Shown here piece by piece: positions 20,528-31,130 of a DNA stretch of 64,000 nt. The translations under genes were made by a program, and so were the position numbers. The number at the start of each line of letters is the position of its first letter. The first letter of the stretch is position 1. Under the pieces are notes generated by a model. That model was not told where the DNA came from. It saw nothing but the letters and a program-made list of their open reading frames with translations, and searched no databases. Origin of the DNA: Candidatus Bathyarchaeota archaeon (GTDB lineage Archaea > Thermoproteota > Bathyarchaeia > 40CM-2-53-6); assembly GCA_963706285.1 (NCBI GenBank), contig CAVPLU010000006.1:1-64000 (forward strand), given 5' to 3'.

Positions 20528-21169
20528 GTGGCGGGAACAACGCTTGAGATGGTTTCATTCGATGTGGATGGCACGATTCTGCGCGGAAGAATCCTGAACT
20601 ACCTGAAGATACCCAGGGAGTGTCACGACCAAATCGAAGCGTTACATGAATCTTACCACAAAGGAAAACTCGGGTACGAAGGCACTCTCCGAGCACAGTT
20701 CTCACTCTTAGCTGGAATGAAGGCTTCAGAGATAGTGCCGAGATTGACCGACCTGCGTCTGATCGGTGATCTGCGGGCAATTCTTGAGAAATTGAGTCTT
20801 AAAGGAGTGAGGGCCGTCATTTTGACGGATAATCCATCTTTCGCTGTCGATCCAATTAGAAGTCACGGGTTCAAAGACGTGATTGCAAGCGAGATCGAAA
20901 CGCAAGGTGGACTACTGACAAACAGGATGCGCCTTCTGACAAACAAACTGTATGCTTTGCGCGAGTACTGTGTGGAGTATGGAATCGACATCACGCGCTG
21001 TGCCCACATTGGAGACGGATTTAACGACATTGTAGCTTTCAAGGCAGTGGGGCTCTCAATTGCGTTCAACTCGCATGAAGAGGAGGCTTTGAGGGCCGCG
21101 ACCTATCGCGTGAACGGCAACTCAATGCTTGACGTCTATCGCGTCTTGGAAACGAATCTCGACAAGTAA
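20528..21169 (+). CDS. HAD-superfamily phosphatase (SerB-like)
   Basis: FDVDGT motif I, GDGFND motif IV. Confidence 0.85.
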   Translation: MAGTTLEMVSFDVDGTILRGRILNYLKIPRECHDQIEALHESYHKGKLGYEGTLRAQFSLLAGMKASEIVPRLTDLRLIGDLRAILEKLSLKGVRAVILTDNPSFAVDPIRSHGFKDVIASEIETQGGLLTNRMRLLTNKLYALREYCVEYGIDITRCAHIGDGFNDIVAFKAVGLSIAFNSHEEEALRAATYRVNGNSMLDVYRVLETNLDK

Positions 21170-21251
21170 CCCGATAATTCCGGTAGTCAGTGAATCTGCA
21201 GAGCAACACACGCTTATATCAGATACGGGCGTTTCGCTGTACGATGTGACC

Positions 21252-22427
21252 ATGACTCAAGAAAGCGAGCTTGTTAGGAAAGCAGCTGAACTGAGAAAGT
21301 CGATGCCGATCTCTGACGGTGGCCACATAATAACCGGTGCACAGAGCATCTTTGAAGCGCCTAGGGCTGGCGTTGCGCGGTTCGACCTCAACGAGAACCT
21401 GTTCGGCGCGTCTCCGAAGACCATCGAAGCAATCAAGAACTTCACAGAAGAGGTGGGCGTTCAATGGTACAACGCTTGGATGAGAAAGGAATGCGAAATA
21501 GCTATCGCGAAATACTCAGGCGTGAGGCCAAGCCAAGTCTTCGTGGGCAACGGATCGGCTGAGACGATGGTGCTAATCGCTCAGATCTTCCTCAAAGCCG
21601 GCGACGAGCTAGTGACAATGTATCCAACCTACAGAGTCCTTCCCAACTACGCTAAGGTCTATGGAGTCAATCTGGTAGAAGTCCTGCACGAGAGCAACTT
21701 CAGCGGAGACACAATGCCAAGAAGATTGGGAGAGAAGATCAGCGCGAGAACAAGAATGATCTACCTCTGCAATCCGTCCACATTTTCCGCTAAAGTCCAT
21801 AAGACGGAAATCGTCAAGCTGCTGGAGAATACTCGCAAGCCGCCTCATCCTCTCGTGATTGTCGATGAGGCATACTACGATTGTGCCACCTACCCATTCA
21901 CCAACGAGACAATGGCTGACAAGGTGAAGGACTACGATAACCTGATCGTGGTCAGGACTTTCTCGAAAGGATTCGCGCTGGCGGGATTGAGGATCGGGTA
22001 CGCACTCTGTTCTGAACGTATCGTTGAGCAGATGAACAAGATGTTCTCACCTCTCGGAGTCGGCTCTCTCGCGTACGTAGGAGCCATGGCAGCTCTAGAA
22101 GATCTTGGTTACTATGAAGACGTCAGAAAGAAGCTTGAGGAGAACAAGAAGTATCTAACTGAAGAACTGAGGAAGCTGGGCCTTGAAGTCTATCCATCAT
22201 ACGCGAACTTCATGCTCGCTAGGTTCCGGCCGGGAATCTTGAACGATTCAGGAGGCACGAAAGGCGTCTGGACCAGACTCGTGGAGAAAGGAATCTACCT
22301 GAGAAACAAGAGCGTAATGTATTCCGGAACTGACATTTGCCATGATATGATTCGCATCACGATTGGCAAGAGAGAAGACTGCGAGAGATTCATCAAAGAA
22401 CTGAGAGCAATAATGGCAACGCTGTGA
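21252..22427 (+). CDS. PLP-dependent aminotransferase, HisC-like
   Basis: DLNEN, GNGS, VDEAY, RTFSKGFALAGLRIGY, RITIG; start likely ATG 21252. Confidence 0.88.
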   Translation: MTQESELVRKAAELRKSMPISDGGHIITGAQSIFEAPRAGVARFDLNENLFGASPKTIEAIKNFTEEVGVQWYNAWMRKECEIAIAKYSGVRPSQVFVGNGSAETMVLIAQIFLKAGDELVTMYPTYRVLPNYAKVYGVNLVEVLHESNFSGDTMPRRLGEKISARTRMIYLCNPSTFSAKVHKTEIVKLLENTRKPPHPLVIVDEAYYDCATYPFTNETMADKVKDYDNLIVVRTFSKGFALAGLRIGYALCSERIVEQMNKMFSPLGVGSLAYVGAMAALEDLGYYEDVRKKLEENKKYLTEELRKLGLEVYPSYANFMLARFRPGILNDSGGTKGVWTRLVEKGIYLRNKSVMYSGTDICHDMIRITIGKREDCERFIKELRAIMATL

Positions 22428-22636
22428 GGATCCTGGCGATTGCTTCTCGCGAAGATCTGAGGGCTGTTTGCCCTCGTAGTACAGGTACGGTCCCCGCGGA
22501 TGTTCGGCAGCCCCATGCGTGCGTAGTGCAACAGTGGCGCGAGATCGTTCCGGTGCTTGTTGTATTGGTTCGGTTTTTGACCAATTACCAAGCCGTTAAA
22601 TACGAAACCGGGGGCAATTCTGCTCGAGGATTTCAC

Positions 22637-23452
22637 ATGCAATCCGAAACGAAAACGAGGAAAGGAATCGTCGGATACAAGACAATGCTGCTCGTCGCTG
22701 TTGCGGGGCTCATCGTTTCGATCGCCGCTTGGATCTACACGAATCCGCTGTCTCCAGACTCGATGCTAGGCATGCCAGGATGGCCGCCATCGCTAGGCAG
22801 ACATGCCTTGTTCTACGTGTGGGCATTCACTTTCTTCCTGCCCGTAATGTATGCAATGTATCTGTACTTCAACCAGCACAATGCTTGGCTGTGCCCAAGA
22901 GCTGAGATCTACGACTCTAAGAAGACCTACAAGGTTTGGACTACCCGAAGGGTTGTGGAGGCAGCTGTTGCTTCAGGTTTCTATCTAGCTGCGTCAATGA
23001 TCAAGCTACCAATGTTCCAGCAACTTGATCTCATGTTCTTGGCAGGAGGTTTCACCGCAGTGTTCTGGGGCGGTCCAGTGACATTCGTGATGTCATTTGT
23101 TGGCGGAGTCCTCCGCAGCGTTGTGGGCGGATTCGCCAATGCCTACGACCTAGTTGGAAACACTATAGTGGACGGATTCTACTGGATGATACTAGCTGTA
23201 TTCTGGCGCAAATTCGTTGAAGACGCGAAGCCTGCAAGGCATGTACTGGCAATCATCGCTGCCATCATAATGGTTCAGGTACTCTTCTTCGTTAACTGGT
23301 TCGTGATCGTCAGCGCAATTTCTTGGACATGGGAAACATACGTGCCATTCGTTGTGGTCGGCGCTCCCCTGTACGCAATAGTGATTTTGATTGGTCTACC
23401 ACTAGGGATCATTGCCGGAGACGCAGCTATTAGAGCAACCAAGAGACGATAG
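22637..23452 (+). CDS. Probable ECF transporter substrate-binding (S) component with N-terminal extension
   Basis: Multi-pass membrane protein directly upstream of ECF ATPase and T genes; start ATG 22637 after GAGG. Confidence 0.65.
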   Translation: MQSETKTRKGIVGYKTMLLVAVAGLIVSIAAWIYTNPLSPDSMLGMPGWPPSLGRHALFYVWAFTFFLPVMYAMYLYFNQHNAWLCPRAEIYDSKKTYKVWTTRRVVEAAVASGFYLAASMIKLPMFQQLDLMFLAGGFTAVFWGGPVTFVMSFVGGVLRSVVGGFANAYDLVGNTIVDGFYWMILAVFWRKFVEDAKPARHVLAIIAAIIMVQVLFFVNWFVIVSAISWTWETYVPFVVVGAPLYAIVILIGLPLGIIAGDAAIRATKRR

Positions 23453-23453
23453 A

Positions 23454-23488
23454 GGACTGCTAGGTCGCGACAGTCCCCCATTTTTTTT
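23454..23488 (+). terminator. Hairpin + oligo(T) terminator
   Basis: GGACTG(23454-59)/CAGTCC(23471-76) stem followed by T8 (23481-88) immediately after the stop codon. Confidence 0.6.
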
Positions 23489-23508
23489 CGTATTTTTCTT
23501 CTGTCAGA

Positions 23509-25287
23509 GTGAATGGCAATTTTCGTGAAACACGTGGACTTGGAGTCGGATGGTTATTGAGCGAAGTATTGTCGGTAGACATTGACAGGATACTCTATCG
23601 CAGATATGCCGGAGATGTTCAGGCTGTGAAGAATGTACACTTCACAGTAAAGAAAGGAGAGTATGTGGTGATCACAGGTGCAGTCGGTTCTGGCAAGAGC
23701 TCTCTTCTGTATAGTCTGAACGGGACGATACCAAAACTCATCCCCAACTCAGTCCTGGAAGGAGATGTTAGCGTTATGGGGCGCAGCATCAAAGACATTG
23801 AAGTGGCAGATGTTTCTCGCAGCATCGGTCTCGTCCTTGAGGATCCGGACACTCAAATCACACAGATGACCGTTGAAGATGACTTGGCGTTTGGACCATC
23901 GAATATGGGCTTGCCTCCAGAGAAGCTTAGGGAGAGGGTCGAGTTCGCCGTGAAAAACGTGAGACTGGAGGGACTGGAGAAGAGAAACCCGAGGAGCATG
24001 TCGGGCGGTCAGAAACAAGCGGTTGCAATTGGTGGTGTGCTAAGTTTCATGCCCGATATAGTCGCCTTGGATGAGCCCATTTCGATGCTGGACCCGATCG
24101 GCAAGATAGATGTTCTGTCTCGCCTCAGGAATCTTAACAGGCAGAGCGGAACGACCGTGATTGTGACGGATTCCGGGATGGAAGTCGAATCGTATGCCGA
24201 CTACGCTGACAGGGTCATGGTCATGAGCCAAGGCACAATCCTCAAGGCCGGAACACCCCACGAGATCTTGACCGATACTGAAGTAATGAAAAAGAGCAGT
24301 TTGAGGCTGCCGCAAGTTACGGAACTATGCATGAAGATGGGAGCGCGAGGACCTACTACCCCGGTCACTCTGGCGGAAGCAGAGAAATACGTCACCGACC
24401 GAATGCGAGGAAAGAGGTCGCCCAACAGGTTGGTGAAATCGGAAACCACATCGCAGGGCGAACCTCTGGTCGTAGTTAAGAATCTGAAGCACACGTATCC
24501 AGGCTTGGAGAAAGGAATTGAAGCTCTGAGAGGAGTGTCCTTCACGATTAACAAGGGAGAATTCGTTGCTTTAATTGGACAGAACGGATCTGGGAAATCA
24601 ACGCTGGCGCTACATCTAGTCGGCATACTCAAGCCCACGAACAAGGACGCAATCGTTGAGGTCGCAGGGTTGAATGCTGCAAAAGTCCGATCAAAGGAAT
24701 TGATCAAGCGCATCAATTATGTCTACCAGAACCCTGATGACCAAATCTTCTGCGAGAAAGTGCAGGAGGAGATTGCTTTTGGGCTTCAGGCTCAGAACCT
24801 TCCGAGCGAAGAAATCAAGAGAAGAACAACTGCAGTCATGAACATCTTCGGACTAGAGCCTCTGAAGGACGAGTACATCGTGCACCTTGACCGAGGTCGT
24901 AGAACTTACGTCTCAATAGCCGCGATAATGGCACTGGAACCCGCTATACTCATAATTGACGAGCCAACCACGGGCTTGGATGAGCAAGACAGTTTGGTGG
25001 TCATGAGAGAGCTTGAGAATCTTACAAGAGGAGGAAAGACTGTAATCGCAATAACTCATAACATGAATCTTGCGGCCGCCTATGCGAATCACGTAATCGT
25101 GATGCACGAAGGTGTTGTTCTTCTTGACGGCACCCCGCGAGAAGTGTTCGCTCAGTCCGAAACCCTGGCCAGAAGCTACATCGCACCACCCCAGATAACC
25201 CAGTTGGGCCAGAGGCTGAAGCAGTTGGGTTTCCCGCCTGATGTCTTGAGCGTCGACGAAATGGCCGGACTAATGGGGAGAGCGTGA
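23509..25287 (+). CDS. ECF transporter fused double ATPase (EcfA-A')
   Basis: Two Walker A motifs (GAVGSGKS, GQNGSGKST), SGGQKQ, DEP motifs, YVYQNPDDQIF. Confidence 0.9.
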   Translation: MNGNFRETRGLGVGWLLSEVLSVDIDRILYRRYAGDVQAVKNVHFTVKKGEYVVITGAVGSGKSSLLYSLNGTIPKLIPNSVLEGDVSVMGRSIKDIEVADVSRSIGLVLEDPDTQITQMTVEDDLAFGPSNMGLPPEKLRERVEFAVKNVRLEGLEKRNPRSMSGGQKQAVAIGGVLSFMPDIVALDEPISMLDPIGKIDVLSRLRNLNRQSGTTVIVTDSGMEVESYADYADRVMVMSQGTILKAGTPHEILTDTEVMKKSSLRLPQVTELCMKMGARGPTTPVTLAEAEKYVTDRMRGKRSPNRLVKSETTSQGEPLVVVKNLKHTYPGLEKGIEALRGVSFTINKGEFVALIGQNGSGKSTLALHLVGILKPTNKDAIVEVAGLNAAKVRSKELIKRINYVYQNPDDQIFCEKVQEEIAFGLQAQNLPSEEIKRRTTAVMNIFGLEPLKDEYIVHLDRGRRTYVSIAAIMALEPAILIIDEPTTGLDEQDSLVVMRELENLTRGGKTVIAITHNMNLAAAYANHVIVMHEGVVLLDGTPREVFAQSETLARSYIAPPQITQLGQRLKQLGFPPDVLSVDEMAGLMGRA

Positions 25288-25294
25288 AAGAGCC

Positions 25295-26139
25295 ATGGGA
25301 ATACTCGATCAGCCAATGCTGGAATACGTCTACAAGGATACTCTGATGCACAAGATGCATCCAATTCCGAAGGCGTTCATGCTCGTAGTGATCACCCTGC
25401 TGGCGCAATTCTATTTCGATCCAGTCTTCATTCTGCCAATCTTGATCTTCGTCGTCATTCTCGCTAAGCCAGTGTCCAAGATACCTAACACATGGTTGCT
25501 TCCAATGTACGTTTTTGGGACGATGTCCATTCTTGAAAGAAGTTACAACGCCCTTTTCATTTCCTCAGGGGGGTACTACAGAGTATATTCGAGTCAATTG
25601 ATGACTACGACCTTGATCTACCTGGCCAACATCCCTGTTCTTGGCGTGGCAAAAGTCACGTGGGGGGGCTTTTCTGGCTTCTCTCAATGGTTCTCAAATT
25701 CTTTGTCGGGCTCTTCGCTGTCGCCATCTTCTTGTACACTACAGACCCAAGCGACCTAATGCAGTACCTTGCCAGTAAGAAAGTCTCGAAGAACGTTCTG
25801 TTCATCGTATTTGCAGGATTCAACTTCTTCCCAATCCTTCTAAGGTACGCAAGAACAATCATGAATGCACAACAACTGCGCGGAGTCGGATTATCGAAGA
25901 ACCCCGTCAAAGCAGTCAACACTTTGGCCCAAGTGTTCCACCCGCTCGTCATACGGGTGACAGTATTGGCGGATATCCTCACCTTGTCCGCAAGCATTCG
26001 AGGATTTGGGTCAGGGCAATACTCCTACCTTCGGGAGATCAAGCTGAGCAATATTGACAAGCTGATCACTGTTTTCTCTATCGCGTTCTTCGTCATCATG
26101 GTTGCTGGTCTTGCGCTTCTGAACTGGGGAGCTCTATAG
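25295..26139 (+). CDS. ECF transporter transmembrane T component; frameshift in the G7 run near 25662-25668
   Basis: LMHKMHP N-terminus and the two Arg motifs AQQLRG / SASIRGF, in consecutive ORFs. Confidence 0.82.
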
Positions 26140-26165
26140 AACAAGCTCTGCTATTCAGGGGATAA

Positions 26166-27701
26166 TTGACCTCGAAAGGTCGCAGCGAGACCTCCCCGAA
26201 CGCTTGTGTCGTAGGCGTGGACATCGGCGCCAGCGGCTGCAAAGCAATCGTCTTCGGTAGCGATGGAAATGGAAATACACGAGGAAGCGCGCAACGAGAA
26301 TACTCTAGGAACACACCGAACCCAGGCTGGGTCGAGCTCGACGCAGAACAATGGTGGCTGACAGTAGCAGACACAATAAAGCTAGCAGTCAAAACATCAA
26401 ACATCACTCCGGAGCAGATCAAAAGTCTTGGCGTGTCGACAGAGACTGACGGCGTGGTACCCATCGGTGATTATGGGAAACCTCTTAGGCCGTACATTCA
26501 CTGGTCGGACGCACGATGCTATCCCCAGTATGATTGGATACTGAAAAACACGGACATAGAGAAGATCTATCGAATCACCGGGATTCCTCTTCACAAGAGC
26601 TGGTGGTCTCCGCCAGGGCTCAAAATGCTCTGGATCAAAGAGAACGAACCGAACGTCTATGCGAAGACCAAGAAATTCGTCCAAATAGGCAACTACGTGA
26701 GCTACAAGCTTACCGGCGAATACGTGAATGACTATTCGGTAGCCGCTCGCACGATGCTCTTCGACATACAGAAGCTGGACTGGTCGGACGACATGGCGGA
26801 ACTTCTTGACATTCCCCTATCCACCCAACCAACGATTCGCAAGTCGGCCGAGATTATCGGCGCGGTGACAGAGGACGCATCTGAACTAACGGGGCTCGCA
26901 CCTGGTACGAAGGTTGTCGCTGGGGGAGGAGACACGGAATGCAGTGGGTTAAGTGCAGGCCTTACGTCCGAAGGCAAGGCGCTGGTCTCTGTCGGCACAT
27001 CTCTTATGGTCCTCGTCGCTAGTGCGAAGCCACCTTTCCTTTCAGACAGAAAAGCAAGACAGCTCTCAGGAACGGGCGTGTTCAGCTCATGCCACGTAGT
27101 AGACGGATTGTGGTTGATTGAAGCTGGATCGATGGCAGGCGCAAGACTAACGTGGTTCAAGAATGAATTTGGCCATATCGAGGATCAAGGCGCAAGCAGC
27201 CTCGGAATAAGCGTCTATGATCTCCTTAGCGCAGAAGCCAAGAGTTCAGGGCCTAGTCTCAACTCGCCCGTTTTCGTGATATCGCATGACGCAATATTCA
27301 ATCTAACGACTGAACACAAGAGAGGAGACGTGATCCGAAGCATCTTTGAAGGAGTTGCGTTCGAAGCGCAACAGATCATTGAAGCGTCAGAGACAACTGG
27401 AACTCAAGTCAAGAGTATAATCATGGTCGGCGGAGGCAGCAAATCGGATGTCTGGAGACAGATAATCGCCGATGTGACGAACAGGCCAGTCAGCTCTCCG
27501 GATCAGTCAGAGACAGCCGCCTTCGGCGCCGGGATATTGGCCGGACTTGGAGCTCATGTGTTTGAGGACGTCGGAGGAGTAACTCAGACCGACGCATACT
27601 CAGATAACAAGCCGCATCCAAGCGCTCACGAAATCTACGAGACTCTCTACCGAAAGTTCAAGGCGCTGTACGAATCCTCGCGAACCCAGCCAGTGACTTA
27701 G
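26166..27701 (+). CDS. FGGY-family carbohydrate kinase (xylulokinase-like), copy 1
   Basis: GVDIGASGCKA, PGWVELD, WSDAR, GGGD, EGVAF, GGGSKS..W.QIIADV. Confidence 0.9.
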   Translation: MTSKGRSETSPNACVVGVDIGASGCKAIVFGSDGNGNTRGSAQREYSRNTPNPGWVELDAEQWWLTVADTIKLAVKTSNITPEQIKSLGVSTETDGVVPIGDYGKPLRPYIHWSDARCYPQYDWILKNTDIEKIYRITGIPLHKSWWSPPGLKMLWIKENEPNVYAKTKKFVQIGNYVSYKLTGEYVNDYSVAARTMLFDIQKLDWSDDMAELLDIPLSTQPTIRKSAEIIGAVTEDASELTGLAPGTKVVAGGGDTECSGLSAGLTSEGKALVSVGTSLMVLVASAKPPFLSDRKARQLSGTGVFSSCHVVDGLWLIEAGSMAGARLTWFKNEFGHIEDQGASSLGISVYDLLSAEAKSSGPSLNSPVFVISHDAIFNLTTEHKRGDVIRSIFEGVAFEAQQIIEASETTGTQVKSIIMVGGGSKSDVWRQIIADVTNRPVSSPDQSETAAFGAGILAGLGAHVFEDVGGVTQTDAYSDNKPHPSAHEIYETLYRKFKALYESSRTQPVT

Positions 27702-27863
27702 CGAACCAAACCCAAATCGAATGAGGCTCTGCTCACCCGCGTTAGTCTGCAGATTCGTCTTGCGCATCCGTGGAGACCATGGTCTGCAAGAGGAGACCAT
27801 CATCTAGATTCCGTTAATGAGGCTGCTTTTTCAGTGTATGTGTCAGTTGTCAAGGAAAGAGCA

Positions 27864-29272
27864 TCACCCAGTGTTGGACTCAGCTTCTTTCAAAAGCACT
27901 GAGATTTTCTGCTGCGCGTCTCTGCCGAGTTGTGCCACCGGCCGATGCTCAGCAAGAATTTTCCTTACCGTATGCTTTGCCTGTTCCCTAATGTCTTTGT
28001 GTCCGGAAGCCTCCCAAGCAGATCTGGTTTTCTTATCGAACAGTCTATGCTGGTAGAATTCCTTCAGATAGAATTTCCTGGTGTGGGGGCGTCCGAGGTA
28101 ATTACCTCCAGGGCCGACGCTTGCAATCTCGTTAAGTGCAAGCCTCTCTTCATCAAAGTCTATTCCTCTCAGCACCCTTTGGATCATACCATAGACTTCA
28201 TTGTCGATGACAAGTTGCTCCAAACTGAATGTGTTGATGGCTTCTGCAGATCCCGCCCCAGAATCCAATCTCGCTCCAGCCAAAGCGGGTAGCAAGCCCA
28301 CAAAGACTCTCTCAACTCCGGCTTGCTCGTCTATGGTTTTCGAGTCTGAGCGAAGCCCGAAGCCTTCGCCGGGAAGACCGTAGAATTGCGCTACCTGAAC
28401 GCACGCTGCGGATAGCAATCCGATTTCGACCACGCCGCTCAATGGAGTTGCATATCTCTGGTCAAGTGGTGACGATTTGTTGCCAATGATCACAGGCGTT
28501 CCGGGGTTAACGATTTGCATCAAAGTGATAGTTGCCAAGCATTCGGCGCTCTGCTGAACCAATGTGCCAGCGAGCGTAACAGGTGACGCGACGCCAACGA
28601 CGACTCCGGAGACAATTATGGCCGGGATGTTCTTTTCGGCACAGAAGATGGTCACGGGATCCCTCAAGGTCAGTGGACTTATCGGGCATACGAGTGAGCT
28701 GAAGATTGGAGACTGTGAGTCTGACTCCTCCTCAAATACTGTAGCTAAACGCTTCTGGAAATCTAAAGTCGTTCTGCTCAGAGGCGTGGTAACCACGTGC
28801 TTCTCACAGTTGTCCAAGGCCAGCTTGAACGAGTGAACATCCCTCACGTGCGGTGGCGTGTCCGAAGGAAAGATGTGGGTCGCGTTGATCGAGACGTTGT
28901 CAGATCCTGTATGAGCCTAGATGCATCAGCCGTGTCTTTCGATAATCCGTGTCTTGAGAGGCCGGTTTCAAGATCGATCACTTCGGTGAGCCCAGTCGAG
29001 GCACGAGTGTACATTCGGCCCGGTTTGAGCTTGACCGCATACTTCTTGTTTCTTGCTCCAAGCGTCACCTCGCGGGGCGCTTTCTTCACAGCCTCTTCGA
29101 CCAAAGAGGGAGGGAGCTTTACGGTCTGATTCTTCTCGTCAACCGTCGCCCCATGATCATGGAAAATCTGAAGTGTGCTCCTGTCAACGACTCTGACTCC
29201 CACTTTTTCGAGAATGCCGAGTGCTGACGAGTGCAATGTCTCCAACTGATCACGGCTCAATAGTTGCCACAT
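27864..29272 (-). CDS. Trimethylamine methyltransferase (MttB) superfamily, non-pyrrolysine; 1-nt deletion near 28900
   Basis: LHSSALGILEKVGV N-terminus, SPVTLAGTLVQ, DSKTIDEQAG, EQLVIDNE, VGPGGNYL; one added G joins the two ORFs (IQDLDNVSINATHIFPSD). Confidence 0.88.
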
Positions 29273-29521
29273 TGTGAATCGCGCGCACCTAGGATCATGC
29301 GATCATTAAAGACTTTGGAGCTTCACGACGACTCACCATCAACATCGCCATGGCTCGTTCGCTCCCTGAAGATCGCTGTCACCTTATGATCTGTCCGCAA
29401 TCAGACCGATGACCGATTTTCTCCAGCTTCGCGTGCAGAGTCCTCGTATTGCATAATTATCAGATCGTGCGGATTCTCAAGGACTAGGGAATGGGAGGAG
29501 AAGCTGATTTCAGGACTCCAC

Positions 29522-31016
29522 ATGAAGGACGCTGACGCAAGATGCCTTATCGGCGTGGACATCGGAGCGAGCAGCTGCAAAGCAATCGTCTTTGATTCCA
29601 ATCGGAACGTCATGGGCCGAGCGCAACAGGAGTATGCCAGAGATCACCCGCGCCCCGGATGGGTTGAGCTCGACGCAAACTCTTGGTGGAACGCGGTGGC
29701 AACCGTAATCAGGCGGTCCGTTGAGGATTCAAACGTTCCCGTCGAGCAAATCAGATGTGTCGGAATCTCTGCTGAGACTGATGGAATACTCGCCGTTGAC
29801 AGAAATGGTGCGCCTCTGAGACCATACATCCATTGGCTTGACACTAGATGCGTGAACGAGCACAGACAACTGCAACAGCGAGGCGACTTCGAGCACGTCT
29901 ACGAGATAACCGGAATACCTGTCCAAGGAGGTTATGATTTCCCAGCACTCAAGATGCAGTGGATAAAGAAGAACGAGCCGGACACATATGAAAAGACTTA
30001 CAAGTTCCTTTCCATCGGAACCTTCATGTTTCTCAAGCTGACCGGGAAATACATTGCTGACCGGTCAACGGCATCGCGAAGCCTTCTATATGATATGAGA
30101 AGGCATGAATGGTCAAGTGAGCTCGCCGATCTATTCGGAATCCCCGTTTCGAAGCAACCTGAAGTCGCACGTTCCGCCGAAGTCGTTGGGACTGTCACTC
30201 CTCAAGCGGCACAAGAGACAGGACTGAGAACGAACACGATCGTAGTTGCTGGAGGTGGAGACACCGAGTGCAGTGCGCTCGGTGCAGGCGCAGTAACGGA
30301 AGAACAGGCTCTCATCTCGATCGGCACCTCATTGATGGTTGCCGTTCCGATGAGGAAGCCATTAACGATTCCGATGAGTCCTGAGACTCGCCTCTTCGGG
30401 ACAGGCTCAGTCTGTACGAGCCACGTGGTTGACAACATGTGGATACTTGAAGTTGGAGCACCTGTTGGAGGAGCAATGCTTGCGTGGTTCGACCGTGAGC
30501 TAGGTCAAGCAGAACGCAAGCTTGCGGCAGAACTTGGCGTCCCCTCCTATGATATTCTCAGTCTTGAAGCCGAGAAGTCACGGCCCGGAGTAGAATCGCC
30601 GATATTCGCGGCCCCTGTCGGGGCAATTCTCAATCTCAGAAACGAACACAAGCGAAGTGACCTGATACGCAGCATCTTGGAAGGGGTCGCATTTGAAGCA
30701 AGAGAGGTCATCGAAGTTTTCGTAGAAGTTCGGCCTTGACATCAAGGAGCTGATTATGGTTGGAGGCGGGGCAAAATCCGTGACATGGCGTCAGATAATT
30801 TCAGATGTTACAAACAAGCACGTCAAGTCGCCGCACATGCAGGAAACAGGAACGCTAGGTGCGGCGACCCTTGCTGGCGTGGGAGCAGGCATCTTCAAAG
30901 ACTTCATTCTGCCCGAGATAGGAAGGTACGCGGAGAGCTCGCCAAGAAATGATGTCCAAGAAACATACTCTATCCTCTACGAGAAATACAAGAGGTTGTA
31001 CAAGGCACTCGAATAG
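29522..31016 (+). CDS. FGGY-family carbohydrate kinase, copy 2; frameshift near 30723
   Basis: Same motifs as copy 1; C-terminal MVGGGAKS..WRQIISDV lies in ORF 30756-31016. Confidence 0.87.
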
Positions 31017-31130
31017 GCCCCCACAAAACTGGCGAGCAGAGGATCCTCCAGTTCGTGCGGAGCTTTGCGTGCTCGCTGCGGTCCGTCGCACCGGTTCAGG
31101 TGACTGGACCGAGCCCCTAGGAGGGTCACT

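Noticed and set aside
22430-22636. Riboswitch upstream of the ECF S component
   Set aside because: No TPP, cobalamin or FMN consensus; a TATA-like TTAAATA near 22596 implies a short leader.
27864-29272. Pyrrolysine readthrough in mttB
   Set aside because: The break is a 1-nt frameshift, not an in-frame TAG, and the Pyl position is Leu.
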